DNA from: Gemmatimonadota bacterium
GTDB taxonomy: Bacteria > Gemmatimonadota > Gemmatimonadetes > Palauibacterales > Palauibacteraceae
Direction of reading: 5' to 3'
Assembly (NCBI GenBank): GCA_965116475.1
Contig: OZ220691.1
Coordinates: forward strand, 1,760,001-1,824,000
DNA length: 64,000 nucleotides
A program made the translations under genes and the position numbers. The notes beneath the pieces are model-generated. The model made no database searches and was not told the origin of the DNA. It worked only from the letters and a program-made list of their open reading frames with translations. Every line of letters starts with the position of its first letter. Within the stretch, counting starts at the first letter, position 1. Below are positions 9,191 to 18,211 of this stretch, piece after piece.

Positions 9191-10006
9191 TTGCAGGTAC
9201 GTACGCCGGGGAAGAGCTTCGTCCACTACACCTGCTTCGGGAGGCCGACGATCTCCACCACGATCCCCACCACGATCCCCACCACCGACCGGCTCATCCT
9301 CGCGCTGGACGTTCCAACCGCTTCGGAAGCGCGGAAGATCGTCGATGCGCTGGCCGATACCGTTTCCTTCTACAAAATCGGACTGGAACTCTTCCTCTCC
9401 GGGGGATACTTCGAGCTGGCCGACTGGCTTCGCTCCAGGGACAAGAAGGTGTTTGCCGACCTGAAGCTCTTCGATGTCCCGCAGACCGTCCGCTCGGCGG
9501 TCCGGCAACTCCGAACCCGCGACGTGGATTTCGTCACGGTGCACGGTAACGACGCGATCCTCCGTGCCGCCTGCGACGCCGCTGCGGGGGATCTCGGTAT
9601 TCTGGCCGTGACCGTGCTCACGAGTCTCGACCGGGCGGACATGGAAGACCTCGGCTTTGAAGCCGACATTGGGGCCGTCGTCCTCTCCCGAGCCCGTCGG
9701 GCGGAGAAGATCGGCTGCGCCGGCGTCATCAGTTCGGGCCGCGAGGCCGCGCGCGTTCGCTCCGCGGTGTCGCGCGGGTTTCGTATCGTCGTGCCCGGCA
9801 TCCGGGCGGCGATGGAGGCCGGTACGGACGACCAGAAGCGGACCGTCGATGTGGAGTCCGCGTTCGAGGCCGGAGCCGACTACATCGTCATGGGACGACC
9901 CATACGAAACGCTCCCGATCCGGCTCGGGCGGCCGCCTCCATTCAGGACAGAATCGCCGCCTGGTTTCGACACCCCGCCCACGATCGGGAGCACACAGGC
10001 GAATAG
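9191..10006 (+). CDS. pyrF: Orotidine-5'-phosphate decarboxylase (start uncertain; possibly 9251)
   Basis: RLILALDV, YKIGLEL, DLKLFDVPQTV, VTVLTS, VVPGIR and DYIVMGRPI motifs. Confidence 0.93.
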   Translation: MQVRTPGKSFVHYTCFGRPTISTTIPTTIPTTDRLILALDVPTASEARKIVDALADTVSFYKIGLELFLSGGYFELADWLRSRDKKVFADLKLFDVPQTVRSAVRQLRTRDVDFVTVHGNDAILRAACDAAAGDLGILAVTVLTSLDRADMEDLGFEADIGAVVLSRARRAEKIGCAGVISSGREAARVRSAVSRGFRIVVPGIRAAMEAGTDDQKRTVDVESAFEAGADYIVMGRPIRNAPDPARAAASIQDRIAAWFRHPAHDREHTGE

Positions 10007-10217
10007 TCCGTAAATCATTATACGTCATAGTGTTATGGTCATTCGCCGCCGCTCGGGCGGACCGGTGTCTCCGCGCTCCCTTGACGCGGCGTTGAGACCC
10101 GGTGGCGATACTCCTTCGGGTTCGCTTTCGCCACCGCCCCTGAAGCACGGGGCACCTTTTCTTCGTATGGGGGTACGTCTACGAGCACCCAGTCTTGCCC
10201 ACCGGAGCCGTGATGCA

Positions 10218-11015
10218 ATGATAGAGCTTCCCGATGTTGAGCGGATGATCGAGCGCATTGCCGGTTACACAACCGGCAAAACGATCTCCATAATCCGGAT
10301 CGACGATCCGGATGTCGCGTCACTTGAGCGCGATATCGTAGAGAACCACCTTGAGAACCATGCCGTGGATTCCGTTGAACGCCACGGTCGCTACGTCGTT
10401 CTCCGCTTTCGTTCCGATTACAGCCTCATGTTCGACATGGGCGATGACGGTCTCTTGCGCCTCGAATCGCAGACCGCGCCTCCGACCGACCGCACGCGTA
10501 TACGGTTTCAGTTTGCGGCCGGCAGGGAGCTACGGTTTTCCTCGTCGGGCTCCGAGGGGACGGTCCAGGCCGTGGCGGGGAGCGAGTTCAACGAGAAGGG
10601 GTCGCTCCAGAGCCTCGGGGTGGACCCGCTCAGCGATGACCTGACGCTGGAGCGTTTCGAGGCGCTTGCGGAGGGGAATGCCCGCTCCAGCATCAAGGGC
10701 TTTCTCCTGAACCAGAAGGCGATTGCGGGGATCGGCAACGACTATGCGGACGAAATCTGCTTCCAGGCGGGCGTACGTCCCGACCTGCGGGTCGGTCAAC
10801 TGGAGCCGGAGCAGCTCGATCGGCTTCACCGCTACCTGAGGCGGGTTCTGAGGCGGGCCACGCTTCACTGGAGCGCCGCCCATTCCGATCCGGGGTGGCT
10901 GATCAACTCACGCTCTTCGGGCGGCGCCTGCCCGCGGTGCCGGCATGCGTTGACCTCGCTCCGTGTGACCGGCCGGAAGACCGTGCTCTGCCCGAGGTGT
11001 CAGCGCGCCGCTTGA
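10218..11015 (+). CDS. Fpg/Nei-family DNA glycosylase-like protein (atypical N-terminus)
   Basis: MIELPDVE start, H2TH motif LLNQKAIAGIGNDYADEI, C-terminal zinc finger CPRC...CPRCQ. Confidence 0.88.
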   Translation: MIELPDVERMIERIAGYTTGKTISIIRIDDPDVASLERDIVENHLENHAVDSVERHGRYVVLRFRSDYSLMFDMGDDGLLRLESQTAPPTDRTRIRFQFAAGRELRFSSSGSEGTVQAVAGSEFNEKGSLQSLGVDPLSDDLTLERFEALAEGNARSSIKGFLLNQKAIAGIGNDYADEICFQAGVRPDLRVGQLEPEQLDRLHRYLRRVLRRATLHWSAAHSDPGWLINSRSSGGACPRCRHALTSLRVTGRKTVLCPRCQRAA

Positions 11016-11896
11016 AGGTCCCGCGCAGCGTGGACGGCGTCCGGGCCGCGCGTCTCCGGACGGTACACCGGCGCGGCCTCGTGCTCTGCTTCCTCCTCGT
11101 GGCGGTGTCCGTCACGGCGGTACGCCCTCTCGTCGCGCAGGCAAGCGGCATTGCCGGAAACGGAATCCGGGACCGGAACGGTCATCCCTTCCGCACACCC
11201 GCGGGTTCCCCTCTCGAGCCCGTACATCGTCTCGCGCTGTTGAGCGCGGCGCGCGACTCCCTCCGCGACGGCATTGCCCTCGCCGACATCGGCGACCGCC
11301 TCGGGTTCTGGATCCGGCGCGATCCGGGCGGGCAGGTTGAATACGCCGGAGCGATTCACGGAGGGGCGTTTTCCCGCTTCGATCTCGGAGGGCCCGATCA
11401 GGCCCTCATCGAAGTGCATTACCGAGTGGGCGCTCTGCTTCGCGCGCGGTTCGGGGAGGTCGCGGCTCGCGCCGAACTCTATCATCTGAGTTCGCATCTC
11501 GGCGACGAGTTCCTCCTGGAGACCGGGACCCGTCCCATCAGCACGAGCCGCGAGGGGCTGGAAGTCATGCTCCAGGGATCTCCGGTATCGGGCCTCACCG
11601 TCTACGGAGGTCCCGGAGTGCTGCTGCGCGCCACGCCCGACTTCGAGCCCCTTTCGCTGCGCGCGGGCGCCGCCTGGGAGTCCGCGCCGGGTGCCCGGGC
11701 GCGTTTCAACGCATCCGTCGACTACTTCGGCTGGGCGGAACTGGGATGGGAACCCGCCATCGCGGCGGAACTCGGGGTCGGGCTGGCTCAGGGGACGCGA
11801 GTCGGATTGCTCCTCGGCTTCGGTCCGTCGCGCGCGGAGCAGTTCTTCCGGCAGTCCGAGCGCCTGGTCGGGTTTTCCGTCTCCCACGTGCGGTGA
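11012..11896 (+). CDS. Putative exported/outer-membrane protein, DUF1207-like
   Basis: Signal-peptide-like segment and a YHLSSHLGDEF motif I associate with DUF1207; start uncertain. Confidence 0.6.
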   Translation: MKVPRSVDGVRAARLRTVHRRGLVLCFLLVAVSVTAVRPLVAQASGIAGNGIRDRNGHPFRTPAGSPLEPVHRLALLSAARDSLRDGIALADIGDRLGFWIRRDPGGQVEYAGAIHGGAFSRFDLGGPDQALIEVHYRVGALLRARFGEVAARAELYHLSSHLGDEFLLETGTRPISTSREGLEVMLQGSPVSGLTVYGGPGVLLRATPDFEPLSLRAGAAWESAPGARARFNASVDYFGWAELGWEPAIAAELGVGLAQGTRVGLLLGFGPSRAEQFFRQSERLVGFSVSHVR

Positions 11897-11926
11897 CGGC
11901 ACGCCGCGTGGCGTGCCCGCGGACCG

Positions 11927-13648
11927 CTATTCCTTCTTCCGGGAGGGCGGTGGCTGTGCCTTCCTGCGTTCCCGTGAGAGGTACATCTGCTGCGGCAGCG
12001 ACATGATGTTGGAGGCCGTGTAGTACAGGTTCAAACCCGCCGCGAAGTTGGCAAAGAAGAAGGTGAAGACGACCGGCAGCGCGTAGGAGATCATCTTCAT
12101 CTGCGCGTTCGTCTGCATGCCGCGCTGCGTGATCCAGTTCAGCAGCAGCATCGATCCGCCCATCAGGGCGGGCACGATGAAGAGCGGATCCCTCAGCGAG
12201 AGATCCGGCAGCCACAGGAAGGGCACGCCGCGGAACTCGATCGTGTTCTGGAACACGAAGAACAGGGTGATCAGGATCGGGAGAGGCAGGAACATGGGCA
12301 GACAGCCGCCCAGGGGGTTGACCCCGTGTTCCCGAAAGAGCTTCACCTGTTCCTGCTGCAGGCGCTGCGCGTCGCCCTTGTACCGCTCCTGAAGCTTCTT
12401 GATCTCCGGCTGCAGTGCCATCTGCTTCATCTGCGCGCGCCCCGAGATGTGGAACAGCGGCGACAGGATGATCCGCGACGCCACGCCGAACAGGACCAGG
12501 ACCCAGCCGTATGCCAGCGAGAACGACTCGTGCATCCAGATCAGGATCGCGACGATCAGGTTCCCGAACGGCCGGATGAACCACCGGAGCCAGCGCCAGC
12601 CGACGGGGTTCACGTTGTGAAGTTCCTGTCCCATGGCCTGCAGCCGCGCGAAGTCCTGCGGCCCGATGTACGCCGCGTATTCGAAGCCGGCGCTTCCGGC
12701 GGGCACCGGCAGCGACGCCTGCATCTCCGCCGCGTCCTCCTCCGGCACGCCGCGCAGCATCACGCCCCCGATGCCCGGGCCCTCCGGCGGCACGACGACG
12801 GCGGCCAGCCAGTACTTCGATTTCGATGCGGCCCAACTGAAAGGCGCGCCGGTGGCCGGCCGCATCTCGCCGGTATCCACCCGGTCCAGTCGCTCGGCCG
12901 CGATCTGCCCGGAGCGGCTCCGCGTGACGAGCGACATCGCAGCCCTGTCCTCCCGGGGCACGGCCTCGTTTCGCTCGATCCCGCGTCCGAGCCCCACGAG
13001 GACGACGTGCCCCACGTCCCCCAGCCCGCGCAGCCCGCCGCTCACGTCGATCCGGTAGTCGTCCGGGCGGAAGCGATACGAGACGTCGAAGGTGACCTCG
13101 CCGATCGCGGCCTCGAAACGCAGTTCCGCCGGCCCATCCCGCACATCGAGCGTGGACGTGGACGCGGTGAATGCAATCGAGCCGAGCGAGACCGTGTCGC
13201 CACGCAGCGTCAGCGCGTACGCAAGGATCGAATCGTCGGGCCGCACCAGTTCGACGTTCGGGCCGCCATGTCCGCCTTCGGCGTAGTTCCGGTGCGCGAG
13301 CATCGTCGCGCCCACGAGTCGCGCCCCCCTCGTGTCGAACCGGTACTCGTACAGGTCCGATCGGACCGTGACGATCGAGCCCTCCGGGGCCGGAGAGGCG
13401 GCTGCGTCCGTCTCGTCCCCGACCGCGGGTGTCTCCTCCACTTCCGCCAGGACCTCCGCCACCTCCCGAGCCGCCCTCTCCTCGGCGGAAAGACGGCTCA
13501 ATTCGTCGGCCGCGTCGGTCGTTTCCGGCGTCTCGACGCTGTCGGACGACACGGGCTCCAGCGGCCTTTCGGTCGGCGGGAAGAGCACGTTCGAGAGGAT
13601 CATCACGCCGACCATCAGCCCGATGGCCAGCAGCAGACGGCGTTCCAT
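11927..13648 (-). CDS. yidC: Membrane protein insertase YidC
   Basis: N-terminal TM, periplasmic domain, LQPEIKKLQERYK, NPLGGCLP and GLNLYY motifs. Confidence 0.96.
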   Translation of the reverse strand: MERRLLLAIGLMVGVMILSNVLFPPTERPLEPVSSDSVETPETTDAADELSRLSAEERAAREVAEVLAEVEETPAVGDETDAAASPAPEGSIVTVRSDLYEYRFDTRGARLVGATMLAHRNYAEGGHGGPNVELVRPDDSILAYALTLRGDTVSLGSIAFTASTSTLDVRDGPAELRFEAAIGEVTFDVSYRFRPDDYRIDVSGGLRGLGDVGHVVLVGLGRGIERNEAVPREDRAAMSLVTRSRSGQIAAERLDRVDTGEMRPATGAPFSWAASKSKYWLAAVVVPPEGPGIGGVMLRGVPEEDAAEMQASLPVPAGSAGFEYAAYIGPQDFARLQAMGQELHNVNPVGWRWLRWFIRPFGNLIVAILIWMHESFSLAYGWVLVLFGVASRIILSPLFHISGRAQMKQMALQPEIKKLQERYKGDAQRLQQEQVKLFREHGVNPLGGCLPMFLPLPILITLFFVFQNTIEFRGVPFLWLPDLSLRDPLFIVPALMGGSMLLLNWITQRGMQTNAQMKMISYALPVVFTFFFANFAAGLNLYYTASNIMSLPQQMYLSRERRKAQPPPSRKKE

Positions 13649-13870
13649 TCAGCGCTCCCGGGAGGGAACCGGGTCGTAGCCGCACGACCCGAGGGGATGA
13701 CAGCGAAGAAGGCGCCGCACGCACAGCCAGGCCCCCCGGGCGGCGCCGAATCGCCGCACCGCGGTCAGGGCGTATTCCGAGCAACTCGGTTCGTACCTGC
13801 AGGCGGGCGGCAACCAGGGAGACACGACCAGCTGGTAGCCGCGAATCGCCCCGATGATCATTCTGCGCAT
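13649..13870 (-). CDS. yidD: Membrane protein insertion efficiency factor YidD
   Basis: CRYEPSCSEY...RLLRCHP...GYDPVP. Confidence 0.95.
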   Translation of the reverse strand: MRRMIIGAIRGYQLVVSPWLPPACRYEPSCSEYALTAVRRFGAARGAWLCVRRLLRCHPLGSCGYDPVPSRER

Positions 13871-14262
13871 ACGGTCTCCAGCGAGTCCATCAATGTCACT
13901 CGAAGCCTCTGGTACGAGGCGTCGTAGGCGGCCGGTTTCGCTCTCACGACCAGGTCGAGTTCGAGCCGGCGGGCTTCAAGGGCAGGTAAAACGTGGACGC
14001 GGGCGATCTCGGTCAGCCGGCGGCGCACGAGGTTTCGCGCGACCGCACTGCGCCCATGGCGAGGCGTCACGACTCCGACTCTGGAGCGGCCCGAGGGCGA
14101 CGCGGCGAAGAACACGTCCACGATGCGGCCCCGGCGGCAACGGCCCGCGCGGATGGTTCGGCGAATCTCGCGTGCCGTGCGCAGCCGAGCCGCGCGAGGC
14201 CGTCGAAAGCCCTCCGGCGGACGCCCGCTAGCGGCTTCGTCGCTTGCGACGGAACGCGTCAC
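13858..14262 (-). CDS. rnpA: Ribonuclease P protein component
   Basis: RVGVVTP...[12 protein letters not shown] (RNR-like motif); lies between rpmH and yidD. Confidence 0.88.
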   Translation of the reverse strand: MTRSVASDEAASGRPPEGFRRPRAARLRTAREIRRTIRAGRCRRGRIVDVFFAASPSGRSRVGVVTPRHGRSAVARNLVRRRLTEIARVHVLPALEARRLELDLVVRAKPAAYDASYQRLRVTLMDSLETVCAE

Positions 14263-14401
14263 TGACGGTGAGCCGACGTCGACCCTTCCTTCTGCGGCGC
14301 GACAGCGTGCGTCGGCCCGCCTTCGTCTTCATGCGCGCCCGGAATCCATGGTCGCGAACGCGCTTCCTGTTGGTTGGCTTGCTGTATGTGGGCTTTCCCA
14401 T
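14228..14401 (-). CDS. rpmH: 50S ribosomal protein L34 (missing from the ORF track)
   Basis: Hand-translated: [57 protein letters not shown]. Confidence 0.95.
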   Translation of the reverse strand: MGKPTYSKPTNRKRVRDHGFRARMKTKAGRRTLSRRRRKGRRRLTVSDAFRRKRRSR

Positions 14402-14457
14402 CTCACATCACCCGAGGCTTTCCGGTCATCTCACAGGCTTTTCGAGGCCAGCCCGGA

Positions 14458-14486
14458 AGTCTAGACCTGATGCGAGATAGTGTCAA
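14458..14486 (-). promoter_or_regulatory. Sigma-70 promoter for the rpmH operon
   Basis: TTGACA-17 nt-TAGACT on the minus strand. Confidence 0.75.
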
Positions 14487-14563
14487 TTCGGCCGCTCGTC
14501 ATCGAGCCCGGCGCCGCCTCCTGCCGCCGAGACGCGCGCGGTGTCGGGAAGCGCTTCCGTTCG

Positions 14564-14593
14564 TTGACACTCGCCGGCGGATTCGTCTAAGAT
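14564..14593 (+). promoter_or_regulatory. Sigma-70 promoter for dnaA
   Basis: TTGACA-18 nt-TAAGAT upstream of dnaA. Confidence 0.65.
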
Positions 14594-14639
14594 CAGGACC
14601 CCTATCCCACCGTCTTTTTCTCATGCCAGCGCGTCACGG

Positions 14640-16022
14640 ATGGAGCTGACTGCACACGAGGCCTGGATCAAGATTCGCGCATCGGCGAAGCTCGTGCTCC
14701 CGGAGCAGACCTATCGCACCTGGCTCGGATCGACCGAGGCTATCTCCCTTTCCGACGACACGCTCGTCGTCTCCGCCCCCACGAGGTTCGCGGTCGAATG
14801 GGTCGAGGATAAGTACGGGACGCTCCTGAGGGACATCTCCGAGCGGGAACTCGGCGCCAGGCTTCGGCTCCGCTTCGAGCACCAGGGAGCCGAAGAGCGT
14901 CTCGACTTCCCCGAAATCACCGAACCCTACCCCGGCGACCCGGGTCACGCGCTGACCTCGCAGACGCCGAATCGCGGAGGCCTTCCGGCGGCCGCGGCGC
15001 TGAACGAACGCTACACCTTCGCGCGCTTCGTCATCGGCGGCAGCAACGAACTCGCCGCCGCGGCATCGGACCGCGTGGCCGCTGCGCCCGCGACCACCTA
15101 CAACCCGCTCTTCATCTGGGGCGGCACCGGCCTCGGCAAGACGCACCTGATGCACGCCATCGGAAACACGATTCTCGACCGGCTGCCGGACTGCCAGGTC
15201 GCCTACGTCCCCTCGGAGCAGTTCACCAACGAGATGATCGATGCGATCCGGACCGGGCAGACCGCCCTCTTCCGCGAGCGCTATCGCCGTATCGACGTGC
15301 TGCTCATCGATGACGTCCATTTCATCGCCAACAAGGAAGGGACGCAGGAGGAGTTCTTCCACACGTTCAACGCGCTCTACGACGCCAAGAAACAGATCGT
15401 CATCACGAGCGACCGTCCCCCGCAGGACATCCCCGGGCTCCAGGAACGTCTCGTTTCCCGCTTCGAGTGGGGTCTCGTCACCGACATTCAGCCCCCCGAC
15501 CTCGAGACGCGTTCCGCGATCCTGCGCAAGAAGGCCGATGAGGACGGGATCGAGATCGACGACGACGTCATCGAGTACGTGGCCCGGAGTCGGCGTACCT
15601 CCGTCCGGCAACTCGAGGGGGCCCTCATCAAGCTCCTCGCCTTCAGCTCGCTCACCCGGCGCGAAATCTCGCTCGACATGGCGCGCGACGCGCTGGGGCC
15701 CGAGGGCAACGAAGCCGACGAGCCGGTGATCGAAGTGTCTCCGGAAGAAGTCCGTGCCCGCATCGCCGCCTCCTGGGGCGTCTCCGTAGAGGCACTCGTG
15801 TCGAAGAGGCGGAACCGGACCGTGACGGTGCCCCGGCAGGTCGCGATGTACCTCATCAAGACACATCTCGATCTGCCCTATTCGGACATCGGCCACCTCT
15901 TCGGCGGCAGGAATCACTCGACCGTCATCCACTCCGTCAACAAGGTAGAGGCGGACATGGCGTCGGATCCCGCTCTTCGCGGCCGCGTCGGCCAGCTGCA
16001 GCACGAGCTGTTTCGAACCTGA
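14640..16022 (+). CDS. dnaA: Chromosomal replication initiator DnaA
   Basis: YNPLFIWGGTGLGKTHL, LLIDDVHF, QEEFFHTFN, RLVSRFEWG; domain IV GGRNHSTVIHS. Confidence 0.98.
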   Translation: MELTAHEAWIKIRASAKLVLPEQTYRTWLGSTEAISLSDDTLVVSAPTRFAVEWVEDKYGTLLRDISERELGARLRLRFEHQGAEERLDFPEITEPYPGDPGHALTSQTPNRGGLPAAAALNERYTFARFVIGGSNELAAAASDRVAAAPATTYNPLFIWGGTGLGKTHLMHAIGNTILDRLPDCQVAYVPSEQFTNEMIDAIRTGQTALFRERYRRIDVLLIDDVHFIANKEGTQEEFFHTFNALYDAKKQIVITSDRPPQDIPGLQERLVSRFEWGLVTDIQPPDLETRSAILRKKADEDGIEIDDDVIEYVARSRRTSVRQLEGALIKLLAFSSLTRREISLDMARDALGPEGNEADEPVIEVSPEEVRARIAASWGVSVEALVSKRRNRTVTVPRQVAMYLIKTHLDLPYSDIGHLFGGRNHSTVIHSVNKVEADMASDPALRGRVGQLQHELFRT

Positions 16023-16304
16023 TGTCCCGCTCGTGCATTACCGTGTGCAAAAACGGACGAAGACCTGTGCCTCACGCACACCGGAGGGCACACCGTCTCC
16101 GTCGCGGCGTCGAGGTTTCGCCGAAGCTTCGACAACCGTGTCCGCGTGTCGACAGCGGCCGTAGCGTCCCAGGCCGCGGGAACCGTGGGGAACCGCTGAT
16201 TTTCGACACTTCGACAGGCTCTACTACTACTCCGTTGATACCTGTATCATACGCAACCGTAGAACCCACGGTGGAAAACCCGAACCGATACCGCCGGAGT
16301 TGAA
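16023..16304. other. Replication origin oriC (dnaA-dnaN intergenic region)
   Basis: Several DnaA-box-like 9-mers. Tandem boxes at 16200-16216 are followed by GGCT and DnaA-trio repeats CTACTACTACT (16221-16231). Confidence 0.8.
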
Positions 16305-17432
16305 ATGAGATTCTCGATTACCCGAGAGGCGCTCCAGAAGGGGCTGGCGGCCACCGCTGCCGCCGTCCCCACCCGAGCCGCGCTCCCGGTGCTCTCGAAT
16401 ATCCTGATCCACGCGGAGGACGATGCCGTGCGGCTGAGCGGCACGGACATGTCGATCTTCGTCTCGTTGTCCGTGCCGGCCGAGATCTCCGAAGCGGGAG
16501 TGGTCGCGCTGCCGGCGAGACAGCTCCTGGAGATCTCGCGCGTACTCGACGACGCGCCCGTGAAGTTCGCGGCTGCGGCGGGAGACCGCGACGCGGCGGC
16601 AACCGGAGTGGACATCGAGTGCGGCCGGAGCAAGTTCCGCCTTTACGGACAGGCCCCGGACGAGTTCCCGGATTTCCCGGAGGTCGACTTCGACGGGGGC
16701 TGGGAAATGTCTGCGGGCGACCTGCAGACCCTGATCGAGCGGACGAGTTTCGCCGTTTCCACGGAGGACAGCCGACCGATTCTGAACGGGATTCTGTGGC
16801 AGTTGCGCGCAGCCGGGACCGTCATGGTCGCAACGAACGGCCACCGGCTGGCGAAGGTGTCACGCGAGCTCGAGGTCGGCGGCTCGCCGGCGGAGGTGGA
16901 TCTCATCATTCCGCCCAAGGCGCTGAACCAGGTGCAGAAGCTGTATTCGGCCGACACCGTGCTTCAGATCGCGCGCTCGGAGAACCACCTGGCGTTCCGC
17001 TCCGAGGACCGGGAGGTCTTCACTTCGCTCATCGAGGGGCCGTATCCGAACTACGAGCAGGTGATCCCGAAGGACAACGACAAGGTGGCGACCGTGAACC
17101 GGGCGGCGCTCGAGACGGCGGTGCGGCGCGTCGCGGTGATGGCGGACGATTCGACGCGGCGAGTGCGCCTCTCCTTCAAGGCCGGCGACCTCGGGTTCAA
17201 GGTCCAGACGCCGGATCTCGGGGAGGCGGAGGACGCGCTGTCGCTGGACTACGAGGGTGAGGACATCCAGATCGGTTTCAATGCGACGTACCTCCTCGAG
17301 GTGTTGCGTCACATGCCGGAGGAGGATGTCCGAATGACGTTCAAGGCGCCGGAACGGGCCGCGACGTTCTCCCCGGCGAGCGGGGAACCCGACTACCTCT
17401 GCCTCGTGATGCCGCTGCGCATCCTCGACTGA
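16305..17432 (+). CDS. dnaN: DNA polymerase III beta sliding clamp
   Basis: LPVLSNIL, VATNGHRL, LIEGPYPNYEQVIP, IGFNATYL and LVMPLR motifs. Confidence 0.97.
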   Translation: MRFSITREALQKGLAATAAAVPTRAALPVLSNILIHAEDDAVRLSGTDMSIFVSLSVPAEISEAGVVALPARQLLEISRVLDDAPVKFAAAAGDRDAAATGVDIECGRSKFRLYGQAPDEFPDFPEVDFDGGWEMSAGDLQTLIERTSFAVSTEDSRPILNGILWQLRAAGTVMVATNGHRLAKVSRELEVGGSPAEVDLIIPPKALNQVQKLYSADTVLQIARSENHLAFRSEDREVFTSLIEGPYPNYEQVIPKDNDKVATVNRAALETAVRRVAVMADDSTRRVRLSFKAGDLGFKVQTPDLGEAEDALSLDYEGEDIQIGFNATYLLEVLRHMPEEDVRMTFKAPERAATFSPASGEPDYLCLVMPLRILD

Positions 17433-17449
17433 GGCGCGTCGCGACAAGG

Positions 17450-18211
17450 ATGATGACGTGCGCGACGTGCGGGCACGAGAGCGCCGCGTTCGGCCGCTGT
17501 CCCTTCTGTGGAGCGGCTGCGGCGACACCCGGGGAAGCGCGCGCGGGTGCAGAGGAGGGCGCCGGGGACGTAAACCTGCCCGCATGGGAGGATCCGGCCG
17601 TATCCTTCCCGCTGAACTTCATCGAGACGTGGCGCCGGAGCGTATTCGAGCCCGCTGCCTTCTTTGCCGGCGGGCCCTTCGACCGGGCGGCGGTGCGCCC
17701 GGTCCTCTACTACCTCCTGGTCAGCGTCCTCGCAGCCGCGCTCTCGCTGACCTGGGGTGCGTTGCTGCCGACGACGCAACCGGGACTGGTGGGGACCCTC
17801 GCCGAGATCATGAACGTCGCCCTGCCGGATGGTGCGGACTCCGCCGGCTCCATCGGCAGACTCGCCGATTTCTTCCTCGCGCCGTTCTGGGCGGTGCTGT
17901 ACCTCATCATCGCGAGTGCGGTCCTCCATGTGTTCGTGCTGGTACTGGTCCCCGGGCGCCGAAGCCTCACGGCGACCGTTCGCACCATCTGCTATGCGTG
18001 CGGCCCCGGCGTGTTCGCCGTCGTCCCCTTCATCGGCGGCCTGGTGGCGGGCATCTGGGGAGTCGTGCTGACCGTGATCGGTCTGCGGGAAGCACACCGG
18101 ACCACGACCGGCAGGGCCTTCGCCGCATGGCTGCTGGCCGCCGCCCTGCCGGTTGCCCTGCTGCTGCTGGGGGTGCTGCTCGTCATCGCCCGTGTGGCAA
18201 GCGGAGTTTGA
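17450..18211 (+). CDS. YIP1-like membrane protein with N-terminal zinc ribbon
   Basis: CATC...CPFC, LPAWED and about 5 TM segments. Confidence 0.65.
   Translation: MMTCATCGHESAAFGRCPFCGAAAATPGEARAGAEEGAGDVNLPAWEDPAVSFPLNFIETWRRSVFEPAAFFAGGPFDRAAVRPVLYYLLVSVLAAALSLTWGALLPTTQPGLVGTLAEIMNVALPDGADSAGSIGRLADFFLAPFWAVLYLIIASAVLHVFVLVLVPGRRSLTATVRTICYACGPGVFAVVPFIGGLVAGIWGVVLTVIGLREAHRTTTGRAFAAWLLAAALPVALLLLGVLLVIARVASGV

Noticed and set aside
10009..10037. dif/Xer site
   Set aside because: It does not match the XerC/XerD arm consensus and lies near the origin rather than the terminus.
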